A stretch of DNA of 64,000 bases, taken from positions 32,001-96,000 of IMG/VR virus record IMGVR_UViG_3300034063_000636. The stretch is one strand, 5' to 3'. Both the position numbers and the translations under genes were made by a program. Origin of the DNA: a virus. This document shows positions 8,153 through 17,062 of the stretch, in pieces. Positions within the stretch are counted from its first letter, which is position 1, and every line of letters begins with the position of its first letter. The notes beneath the pieces are model-generated. The model saw nothing but the letters and a program-made list of their open reading frames with translations. It was not told where the DNA came from and ran no database searches.

Positions 8153-9352
8153 ATGACCGAAGTATTAGAGAACATCGACGTCATAGGTCGACGACCTGGA
8201 GTCGATCGAAGAGGCGATGAAGTCTTGACAGATATTAATGTCATTGGAAGAACTCCTGGTTCTGCTCCGCGAGATGCAGAACTTTTAGAAGGCATCGATG
8301 TAATTGGAAGATCTAGATCAAAATCTGAACCAAAGCATTTAAGATATCCACTTAATATGACTGATCCGAGTGGTGGTTTTAAGAATGCAGTTCGTTTCGT
8401 TGCATATGCACAGCGCAGATCGTTCCTAGATGACCCAAATGAAACACCATCTTTTAAAAATCCGCCAGATCAATTTGATCCTGGAAGACCAAGAAAGTTT
8501 CCTGTAACTCAAGGTGCGTTTAATACTTCTTTTTTGTTTAGAAGTTCACTAGTTCAATCTTCTAAATTTAATATCGGTACAGTTACAGAAGATTTGATTG
8601 GAATTGGAGCAAATGGAATCGAATTTTTTACTGGTGGTCGCGACATTTCCTATGGACAAAGAACAGTTGAATTAGACAGTTCAATCACTTTGTATATGCC
8701 TGATACAGTAATCAATCAAGACAAACATGATTATCAATCAATTTCTATTAATCAGGCTTCAGGTAGAGCAGGACTATATTCCGCAGGATTTCCTGCTGCT
8801 TTAGGTGGACTTGGATCTGCTTTAGGAAGAACAGAAGTATTTGCAGAGCTGGCTGGAAGAGCAGGAATATTTGGGACACGATCAACTGAAGCGATTCTAT
8901 CAGGACTCGGTTATGCATTAAATCCGATGCTTGAAATGACATACGGTGGAACGCAACCAAGATCCTTCTTGTTCCAATTTAGATTTGCTCCAAGAAATTT
9001 AAAAGAAGCAGAAGAAGTTAAGAAAATCATTAAGACCTTCAGATTCCATTCACACTCTGAGAATGCTGGTGGACAGGGCACAGCTGCAGAAGGTAGCGGA
9101 ACTCGATATTTGGTTCCACCAAATCATTTCGAAATTCAGTTCCTTCGTAGAGATAGCACAGGAAAATTTGTAGAAAATTTAGCGATGCCTAGAGTTACGA
9201 CATGCATGATAGCCTCGATCAACACAAACTATGCAGCGCAGTTAGATACCTTTGCAACACACCAAGACGGCACTCCAGTTTCTATAAGCCTTGATCTTGA
9301 ATTTATAGAAAGCGTCGTTCTCACTAAAAACGATATTAAGAACGGTTACTAA
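8153..9352 (+). CDS. gp48: baseplate tail tube cap gp48 with three N-terminal EVLxxIDVIGR repeats
   Basis: LRYPL, ITLYMP, NPMLEMTYGGTQPRSFLFQFRFAPRN.KEA..V..II..FR, C.I.SI..NY, L.FIE. Confidence 0.85.
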   Translation: MTEVLENIDVIGRRPGVDRRGDEVLTDINVIGRTPGSAPRDAELLEGIDVIGRSRSKSEPKHLRYPLNMTDPSGGFKNAVRFVAYAQRRSFLDDPNETPSFKNPPDQFDPGRPRKFPVTQGAFNTSFLFRSSLVQSSKFNIGTVTEDLIGIGANGIEFFTGGRDISYGQRTVELDSSITLYMPDTVINQDKHDYQSISINQASGRAGLYSAGFPAALGGLGSALGRTEVFAELAGRAGIFGTRSTEAILSGLGYALNPMLEMTYGGTQPRSFLFQFRFAPRNLKEAEEVKKIIKTFRFHSHSENAGGQGTAAEGSGTRYLVPPNHFEIQFLRRDSTGKFVENLAMPRVTTCMIASINTNYAAQLDTFATHQDGTPVSISLDLEFIESVVLTKNDIKNGY

Positions 9353-10278
9353 TGTCTTATTTCTCAAAATTTCCAAGAGTATTATACTCTATCAATAAAG
9401 AAGGAACAAATGCAAAAATTGTTCCAGATATGCTCGCTAGAGTTAAATTTATCGACTCTATTCTGTCAAATCAAAGTTTATTTTTTAAATATGAAGTAAA
9501 GGGTGAAGAAACAGCAGAGCAAATTGCGAACAGAGTTTATGGAAATCCTGAGAAACATTGGATTCTTTTTCTTGTCAATCAAATCATTGATCCTCAATTT
9601 GATTGGCCACTAGGTCCATATGACTTTGAAAAATATATCAAACAAAAGTATGGATCAATTAATGTAAGTTTGAGCACTGCGGAGTCGTATGCAACTCCAG
9701 GAACCTATTATACTGCAGGTGAGATTGTCTATCAGGGGGCATCTACTTACGATAAATCAACAGCAGATGCAACAATTGTCGCCTATGATTCAACAAATAA
9801 AGTTTTAAAATTAAAATTTCCTTCTCAGATGTTTGCAAATGGTAGCACCATTAAAGGTGTAACTGCTAACTCGGCAGCGCAAACACATACTGTTATTGCA
9901 ATCACAAACAACTTAGATGGATACCAGTGGGCTGTTAACACTGTAAGTCATTATGAAGTAACAGAGACAAAAACAAACTCAGATGATCCAACATTTTCTG
10001 AAGTCAAAAAGTATAGAATCACAGCAAATGGATTTAATTACTCAACAAATACTGTAATTGCTCTCAACACAAATACTTCTTATTCGAATACATTTAATGT
10101 TGTAAGTTCAGTGACTGGCGGAAATGCTCAAATGACAATTGCAACAACAGTTTCTCCTGTATCATATTATGATTATGAGGTTGAATTAAACGAAGAGCGA
10201 AGAAAAATTATAGTGCCACAGTCTTCAATAATCGGTGCTATTGAGAATCAATTTAGTTCATTAATGCTGGCAAAATAA
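9352..10278 (+). CDS. gp53: baseplate wedge subunit gp53
   Basis: MSYFSKFP..Y.V..E.AEQIA.RVYG..HWILFLVN.IIDPQFDWPL..YDYE..LNEERRKI. Confidence 0.88.
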   Translation: MSYFSKFPRVLYSINKEGTNAKIVPDMLARVKFIDSILSNQSLFFKYEVKGEETAEQIANRVYGNPEKHWILFLVNQIIDPQFDWPLGPYDFEKYIKQKYGSINVSLSTAESYATPGTYYTAGEIVYQGASTYDKSTADATIVAYDSTNKVLKLKFPSQMFANGSTIKGVTANSAAQTHTVIAITNNLDGYQWAVNTVSHYEVTETKTNSDDPTFSEVKKYRITANGFNYSTNTVIALNTNTSYSNTFNVVSSVTGGNAQMTIATTVSPVSYYDYEVELNEERRKIIVPQSSIIGAIENQFSSLMLAK

Positions 10279-10279
10279 T

Positions 10280-11608
10280 ATGAAAGATGTTAATTCGAGC
10301 GGAAGATCAGCTGGTGATGGTCTGTACTCTGAGTATGATTTTTCTTTAACAGAATTAAAGTTAATCAATTGTCTTGGGGTTAACATTGACGTCGATTTCG
10401 TTTTTCAAGAAATAAATTTATACGAGGATCTGTTCAACAATGTCATCAGTGGTGATGCGACTCTTGTTGACTCAAATGATTTGCTAAACAGATTGAAGAT
10501 GCACGGAAACGAATTTATTTCTGTCGCATTTAGCACACCTGGAATGCAAAGGTATCAAAAAGTTTTTAGAATCTACAAGATAAGTGATTATACTTTGCGT
10601 GGAACATCAAATGCAACTTTTAAATTGCATTTCTGCTCTGAAGAATTCATGTTGAATCAACAATACTACATCTCCAAATCATTTAAGGAGAGTAGACTTT
10701 CAGATATTATTAAAATTATTTCTAGAAATTTTTTAAAGATTTCTCCAGAAAAACTAACCGATGATAACATCGAGCAATCAAGCCTACTAATTAATCCAGA
10801 AAAAAGTCCTCTAATTGTTCCAAACTTAAGACCATTTGAGGCTATCAATTGGATTGCATCCTTTGCAATAAATCCAAAAGATTTATCTCCTGGATACATG
10901 TTTTACGAGAACATCAATGGCTTTAATTTTGTTTCCTTGAGCAGTTTATATTCCAGACCAGCAAAGAAAACAATTTATTACTCACCAAAAAATCAAAACT
11001 TCTTAGAATCCATCGGATCAAGACATGATAAATTAGATGAGATGGAATTTAAACAAGTATTTGATGTTTTGGATAGCATGAATAATGGAGCATACGCATC
11101 TGAACTATTGAAACTTGATATTATGAATCGAACGACTGAATACGAACAGTTTGGTGTGAATCAGTCATCTCTTAAACTGTTGAATGAATATTTGCCGTAT
11201 AGTTACGCAAAAAATAGAATGGGCAATTCTTTAAATCAGGCTTCTGGTTATGTTCGCATGTTTCCTAAATTTCAAGACATGCTCACAAGTAAATGGTTAC
11301 TTTCGCGTGCTGCTCGAATAGCTCTCTTAAATAACACAAGATTGCATGTTGATCTGCCAGGGGATAGTTCGTTGTCAGTCGGCGATATTGTGAATGTCAG
11401 TTTGCCTAAAAATGATGCACAAACAGATCCAAATAATATCAAAGAAGACAATATGATGTCAGGAAGATATCTAATCACTGGAATACGTCATCAACTTATT
11501 GAAAATTATTACTATTGTCATGCAGAGCTTTGCAAAGACTCAGTGAATGTCAATATAGGATTTAACCCACAATTTAATTCTGCGTGGAATTTGGTAATTA
11601 ACTCATGA
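10280..11608 (+). CDS. baseplate hub protein (gp27-like)
   Basis: INLYED.F..ISG..DS; PFEAINW; YMFYEN..GFNF.SL; LPGDSSLSVGDIV..SGRYLITGIRH; located between gp53 and gp5. Confidence 0.75.
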   Translation: MKDVNSSGRSAGDGLYSEYDFSLTELKLINCLGVNIDVDFVFQEINLYEDLFNNVISGDATLVDSNDLLNRLKMHGNEFISVAFSTPGMQRYQKVFRIYKISDYTLRGTSNATFKLHFCSEEFMLNQQYYISKSFKESRLSDIIKIISRNFLKISPEKLTDDNIEQSSLLINPEKSPLIVPNLRPFEAINWIASFAINPKDLSPGYMFYENINGFNFVSLSSLYSRPAKKTIYYSPKNQNFLESIGSRHDKLDEMEFKQVFDVLDSMNNGAYASELLKLDIMNRTTEYEQFGVNQSSLKLLNEYLPYSYAKNRMGNSLNQASGYVRMFPKFQDMLTSKWLLSRAARIALLNNTRLHVDLPGDSSLSVGDIVNVSLPKNDAQTDPNNIKEDNMMSGRYLITGIRHQLIENYYYCHAELCKDSVNVNIGFNPQFNSAWNLVINS

Positions 11609-14568
11609 AATTAAGAAAGAATTTTATTGGACAAGACGGATTTCAATGGTGGATTGGCGTCGTTGAAGATCGCAATGATCCAGAAAAGATTGGAAGATGT
11701 CGTGTTCGCATCTTTGGAATACACACAGATGATACTGTTGCAATCCCAACAGAAGATTTACCATGGGCAATTCCAGTATATTCTGTCAATAACAACGAAT
11801 CATTCTCTGCACCAAAAGAAGGCGAGTATGTTGTTGGGTTTTTCCTTGATGGATCATTCGCTCAATCACCAGCCATTCTAGGAGTTCTTCCTGGAATTAA
11901 TAAACAAAATCCTCCAGATGGTCGCGGATTTGGTGACGTTAGAGATGCAAGTAAAATAAGAAACTCACCAAGAAAACCATCAGCCATTGATTATCCTGAG
12001 GCTAGAACTGGAACAGAAAATCCAGTGAGTGCGAATATTATTAATGATGGAATCGGATTATTGAAAATCATTGAGAATAGTATCAAATTGCATGTTCCAT
12101 TGTCTTTAAAAGCCAAACAGTCTCTTACAGAAAGTGATCAGAGTATGATCGGATATGATCATCAGTTTACACAACAAGAATTACGACAAGGTTATGTTTC
12201 AATCAGTTCTTTTGAGACAGTGCCAATTTATGGTATTAATGGAATTGACACTGTTATAACACCACAACAAGCAACAGCACTTCTTCGAATTGATATTAAC
12301 AACTCTATAAATCGCGCTCGAAGTTCAATTAGCGATGGTGTTTGGAACGGATTAAACGTTGCTCAAAAAGCAGGTTTGGCGTTTCATGCGTATCACATCG
12401 GTCTTAATGTGGATTTTGAGAGAATCGGTGTTCGTTCTGCAATCACTTCTGGCGACCTCGTTAGAGCAGCTCAGTTAATCAGTTCCGATAAACTCAAATC
12501 TTCAACTGGGAAATATCTGATCAGTGAAGATTCGCTGTCACATATTGCTGCTAATCTATTCAAATCAATTCCAAAGTCATCATTGGCTGAGCAAAGAAGA
12601 AATACTTTAACAAAAAGAAATCCAATCTCAGCTGCAGGGGCTGGACTTGGTGTTCAAATTCACGAATCAGATTTATCTGCAGATTCAGATGCAAAATCTC
12701 TAAAGTATCCGCTTCCAGAAGAGCAAGGCAAGCCTTCATTGAATGATTTTGCAACCTCATTAGAAAAGAGCGTTACACAAAAATTCCGAGAGCGATCTTC
12801 AATCATTGCAATTGGAGCAAATGATCAATCATGGTCAGAACCTGCCTCTCCATACATAGCTGAATATCCATATAACAAGGCTATGGAAACAGAATCTGGT
12901 CATGTGTTCGAACTTGATGATACTCCTGGAAGTGAGCGTGTTCATCTAGCGCATAGATCTGGAAGTTTTGTTGAATTTTATCCAAGTGGAACTAAAGTAG
13001 AAAAAGTCGTCAAGAGTAATTATAGAATTGTTCTCAACGATGATTATCTTTATGTTGCAGGAAAGGTTAATATTGTCTTAGAATCTAACGCTCATATTAA
13101 AGTCGTTGGTGATTGTTTCTTGCAAGTCGAGAATAATCTAGAGGCAAATGTGAGTGCAAATATGAATGTATCGGTTGGTGGCGCATTTAATATGCGAGCC
13201 AATACTCTGCACTTCGACATTGCAAATACATCGACAATCACTGCTAATAATCAATACATTTCAGTTGATGATAAACTTATTATAAATTCGAATACTTCTA
13301 ACATATCAACTGCGAATGATTTCACTCTTTACTCTAAATCAAATCAATACTTCAACGTTGCGAATACGATTCATTATAGATCTGGAAACGTGGCGATCCA
13401 ATCCTCTGGAAATATCTCAATCAACAGTGTAGGAAATGGATACTTCACTTCAAGTAATGTTCTTCACCTAAAAGGAAGTTCAACTCGAGTCACTGGATCC
13501 TCTGTTGAGATTAATGGATTGTTAAATGCTGGTGCGACCAATATGGAAGCGACAGGATATGATTCGAACGGGGATTCTCATGTTCTATCTGTAGCAGGCA
13601 GCGGAGGAATTGCTGCATTGATACCAGATCCTTCCTTAACTCGCATGCCTGCGATAGATGCAAATGGTATTGTTTACTTGTATCATGAAGATAAAACGAA
13701 CAAGGATAGAATGAGAAGAAATAGCAGTGAAGAGCAATTTGTTCTAATCGAAATCGCTGATCAGTTCCAAATTAATGTAAATCAAGTGCAAGAAGTTGTA
13801 AATGCGACATCTTATCTTGAGAAACCAATTAAATTAGGAACTCCAACTGATACACAAAAACATCTAGAACCAGATAGAATCTTTAGATTTAAAGACTCGA
13901 TAACAGAAGAAAACAATAAGTTATTAAGAGATTATCTTGCAAATCCTTATGCATATTCTTCACCATATTCAAACGTTAAGAGATTTATTGCACCACCATC
14001 AACTTCAGGCTCTGATGTGATCTTTAATGATGTTGTGGGAGAGAGTTTGATTGTGATTAATGATGGTGCGGATATATCTGCTTGGCTGAGAAAACAATTA
14101 GTTCTCGCAGCAAACGGTTATTGGAGAGAAACTGGTGTTGAAATTTCTGGTAGAATCGAACCGTCGAATCCAAATATCACTGATCTCTGGAGAAATCTCG
14201 GATTCTCTAGAGAATTTTGGAATTTGAGCGATCAATCGAGATGGGCAATCGCATTCGTCAACTTCGGATTGAAACAGAATGGCTATCGATATGTTCAGAC
14301 TCCAAATCCAAGAGATCTTGAAATTCGAATCGATGATTATCGTTTCACTCGTGTTAAGCCATCAGATGCTCAGCCTGGAGATGTTGTTTTGTGGAATAAT
14401 GACCATACCAACTTCGTTTATGAAAACATAAATGGATCTCTAACCTTTATCGGAGGATCTCAACCACCGTATAACGGTAATATCGGTGATGGTCGCATTG
14501 GTGACGTCTCTCTTGTCAGCAGCGGAGGTGCGCAAATTGTTGCAATTCTTCGTCCGTCTAAGACATAA
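11605..14568 (+). CDS. gp5: baseplate central spike gp5: OB fold, degenerate lysozyme-like domain, beta-helix, C-terminal degenerate CHAP/NlpC-like domain
   Basis: WWIGVVEDRNDP..GRCRVRIFG.HT..LPWA; YPYNK..ETESGHVFELDDTPG.ER..HRSG; C-terminal WAIAFVN..PGDVVLW..H..FV..GGSQ. Confidence 0.92.
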   Translation: MKLRKNFIGQDGFQWWIGVVEDRNDPEKIGRCRVRIFGIHTDDTVAIPTEDLPWAIPVYSVNNNESFSAPKEGEYVVGFFLDGSFAQSPAILGVLPGINKQNPPDGRGFGDVRDASKIRNSPRKPSAIDYPEARTGTENPVSANIINDGIGLLKIIENSIKLHVPLSLKAKQSLTESDQSMIGYDHQFTQQELRQGYVSISSFETVPIYGINGIDTVITPQQATALLRIDINNSINRARSSISDGVWNGLNVAQKAGLAFHAYHIGLNVDFERIGVRSAITSGDLVRAAQLISSDKLKSSTGKYLISEDSLSHIAANLFKSIPKSSLAEQRRNTLTKRNPISAAGAGLGVQIHESDLSADSDAKSLKYPLPEEQGKPSLNDFATSLEKSVTQKFRERSSIIAIGANDQSWSEPASPYIAEYPYNKAMETESGHVFELDDTPGSERVHLAHRSGSFVEFYPSGTKVEKVVKSNYRIVLNDDYLYVAGKVNIVLESNAHIKVVGDCFLQVENNLEANVSANMNVSVGGAFNMRANTLHFDIANTSTITANNQYISVDDKLIINSNTSNISTANDFTLYSKSNQYFNVANTIHYRSGNVAIQSSGNISINSVGNGYFTSSNVLHLKGSSTRVTGSSVEINGLLNAGATNMEATGYDSNGDSHVLSVAGSGGIAALIPDPSLTRMPAIDANGIVYLYHEDKTNKDRMRRNSSEEQFVLIEIADQFQINVNQVQEVVNATSYLEKPIKLGTPTDTQKHLEPDRIFRFKDSITEENNKLLRDYLANPYAYSSPYSNVKRFIAPPSTSGSDVIFNDVVGESLIVINDGADISAWLRKQLVLAANGYWRETGVEISGRIEPSNPNITDLWRNLGFSREFWNLSDQSRWAIAFVNFGLKQNGYRYVQTPNPRDLEIRIDDYRFTRVKPSDAQPGDVVLWNNDHTNFVYENINGSLTFIGGSQPPYNGNIGDGRIGDVSLVSSGGAQIVAILRPSKT

Positions 14569-14571
14569 ATA
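14564..14571 (+). promoter_or_regulatory. late promoter (CATAAATA) before gp25
   Basis: NATAAATA overlapping the gp5 stop; SD AGGA downstream. Confidence 0.6.
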
Positions 14572-14591
14572 ATCATTTAGAGGACTCATAA

Positions 14592-14984
14592 ATGGCAAGA
14601 GCTGTTCGCGTTTATTCTGATCTGGATCTAAAGTTCACAAAACATCCTGTGACTGGAGATGTTGCACTCAAATTAAACGAAAACGCCATTATTGCATCGG
14701 TTAAAAACATTGTATTGACGAATAAAGGAGAACGTCGGTTTACTCCTTTATTTGGTTCCGATGTGTTTTCGCAGTTATTCGAACCTCTCGATGACATGAC
14801 TGCTATGAACATTAGAGAAGAAATCCTCACAAGTATTACAAATTTTGAGCCAAGAGTAAAAGTAGATTATGTAAGTGTATCGCCTAATTTTGATGCAGAT
14901 GGATTCGATGTTACGATTCGATTCTACTTACTAAACTCTATAAGACCAGTCACAACGGCTATATTTTTGCAAAGGTTAAGATAA
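14592..14984 (+). CDS. gp25: baseplate wedge subunit gp25
   Basis: YSDLDLKF..HPVTGD..AI..SVKNIVLT..GER.F.P.FGS..LFE..NFEPRV. Confidence 0.93.
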   Translation: MARAVRVYSDLDLKFTKHPVTGDVALKLNENAIIASVKNIVLTNKGERRFTPLFGSDVFSQLFEPLDDMTAMNIREEILTSITNFEPRVKVDYVSVSPNFDADGFDVTIRFYLLNSIRPVTTAIFLQRLR

Positions 14985-14985
14985 C

Positions 14986-17061
14986 ATGGCAAATGTCGAA
15001 AGTAAACTCGTTATTTCAGAACCAGATTTCTTTACAATAAAGGCGAGTCTCAAGAACTTTTTGAAGTCTCAGAGTACGTTTGCAGATTACGACTTTGAGG
15101 GATCAACTTTATCTCAATTGATCGATCTATTGTCATATAATACTCATTACCTATCATTCTATATGAATATGATTGCAAATGAGTCGTTTTTAGATACCGC
15201 CGCACTGAGAGACTCTGTTGTTTCTCATGCGAAGATGTTAGGATACACTCCTTCTTCCATTCGCAGTGCTCAAGCAAAAATCGATTTAAGTTTCACATTG
15301 GCAAATAATCCTGGAGTTGGATCCATCACTTCGCTAACTCTTCCGAAGTTCACACGATTTGCATCATCAGCAATTGATGGCGTCAATTATATCTTCACAA
15401 ATTTAGATGAAGTCACTGTAACTAAATCAAATAATGCATTTACCTTTGCAGATCTAGAGATTTATGAAGGCAATCCTGTTTCTCAGGTTTTTGTATACAA
15501 TGAGCTGATCAATCCTCTTCAAGAATTTAAACTTCTAGATCAAAACATTGACACGTCAACTCTTGAAGTGATTGTGCAAAATTCAAGTTTAGATTTAACA
15601 CAAGAAACATATACTCTTGCAACAGATTCAACAATCTTATCTCAAACAAGTAAAGTTTATTTCCTAGACGAAATCACTAATGGAAATTATAAGATTTATT
15701 TTGGAGATGATATTCTTGGAAAGAAACTTTCTGATGGAAATATCGTTATTGTTTCTTATGTCGTAAGTAAAGGCGCAGAAGCAAATAAAGCAAAAGGATT
15801 TAGATTGATGGATTCTGTTGGTGGCTTAACTGAAGGCACCATCGTCGTTGATCAAATTGCTTTGGGCGGTGCCGCTGCAGAGTCAATCGAGAAGATTAAA
15901 AATATCGCACCAAAATCATATGCCTCAAATGGCAGAGCGATAACTAAGAACGATTATATTGCATTGATTCAACAAAGATACCCTGCATTCGAATCAGTAA
16001 ACGTTTGGGGTGGTGAAGAAAATATTCCTCCAGTTTATGGTAAAGTGTTTGTTTCAGCTAAACCTGCAGCTGGATACGAAATTTCTAGAACAGAAAAAGA
16101 CTATATCATTAATACAGTTATTGATCCAATTAGTATTTTGACAGTGACGCCTGAGTTCGTTGATCCAGATTATAACTTCTTAAATTTAAATGTAAAAGTT
16201 ACATATGATCCGACTGCAACGACTTTAACTCCAGGCGAACTCTCAACTCTTGTTCGTGATAAAATTAATGGATATGCAAATACCTACTTGGATCAATTCA
16301 ATTCATACTTTAAGATCTCAAGATTAATGCATGAAATTGACATGGCACATCCATCAATTGTAAGTAATGATGTTGACGTTAAGATCGAAAAACGACTAAC
16401 ACCAATACTTGGTACATCTAGAAGTTACGTCATCAAATACTACACTGAATTAAAACGTTCAACAGGTGCTGATAGAATCAGTTCAAGCCCTGCATATACT
16501 GCATATGACAACGAAGGCATCTTGCGCGAATTCTACTTTGAAGAAGTTCCATTGTCTTCTACTGGTGTCTCTTCAGTTCAAGTTGTTCTTGGTGGTTCTG
16601 GATTAACAACCACGCCAAGACTTGACGTTATTGGTGATGGTATCGGTGCTGAACTTGAGGCTATTGTAACAAACGGAAAGATTACAGCAGTCAATGTTAA
16701 AAAGCCTGGTGCGGATTATACGACTGCAGCAATTAGAGCATATGATCAAGATAATAATTTATTGACAAATATTATCTTAAAACCAATCGTGGAAAACACG
16801 ACTGGCAGATTAAGATCTTACTATTTCGATAATAATAACATCAAAGTGATTTATTCTGATTCTGCAGGTGTGATCGACTATATTACTGGAACAATTACTC
16901 TTACGCAATTTAGCCCAATCGATGTTAGAGATAATTTTAAAATCTTGAAGTTCTATGCAACCCCAAAGAACACTCTGTTTAATTCTGCTCGAAATACAAT
17001 CATTACACTAGACATTGACAATCAATCTCAAGTTTCAATTGATATTGTTAAAGTAACCTAA
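14986..17061 (+). CDS. gp6: baseplate wedge subunit gp6
   Basis: DF..IK..LKNFL..F.DYDFEGS.LS.LIDLLSYNTHY..NESFLDTA..R.SVVSHAK.LGY.P; RAIT..DY; WGGEEN.PP.YGKVF. Confidence 0.95.
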   Translation: MANVESKLVISEPDFFTIKASLKNFLKSQSTFADYDFEGSTLSQLIDLLSYNTHYLSFYMNMIANESFLDTAALRDSVVSHAKMLGYTPSSIRSAQAKIDLSFTLANNPGVGSITSLTLPKFTRFASSAIDGVNYIFTNLDEVTVTKSNNAFTFADLEIYEGNPVSQVFVYNELINPLQEFKLLDQNIDTSTLEVIVQNSSLDLTQETYTLATDSTILSQTSKVYFLDEITNGNYKIYFGDDILGKKLSDGNIVIVSYVVSKGAEANKAKGFRLMDSVGGLTEGTIVVDQIALGGAAAESIEKIKNIAPKSYASNGRAITKNDYIALIQQRYPAFESVNVWGGEENIPPVYGKVFVSAKPAAGYEISRTEKDYIINTVIDPISILTVTPEFVDPDYNFLNLNVKVTYDPTATTLTPGELSTLVRDKINGYANTYLDQFNSYFKISRLMHEIDMAHPSIVSNDVDVKIEKRLTPILGTSRSYVIKYYTELKRSTGADRISSSPAYTAYDNEGILREFYFEEVPLSSTGVSSVQVVLGGSGLTTTPRLDVIGDGIGAELEAIVTNGKITAVNVKKPGADYTTAAIRAYDQDNNLLTNIILKPIVENTTGRLRSYYFDNNNIKVIYSDSAGVIDYITGTITLTQFSPIDVRDNFKILKFYATPKNTLFNSARNTIITLDIDNQSQVSIDIVKVT

Positions 17062-17062
17062 T

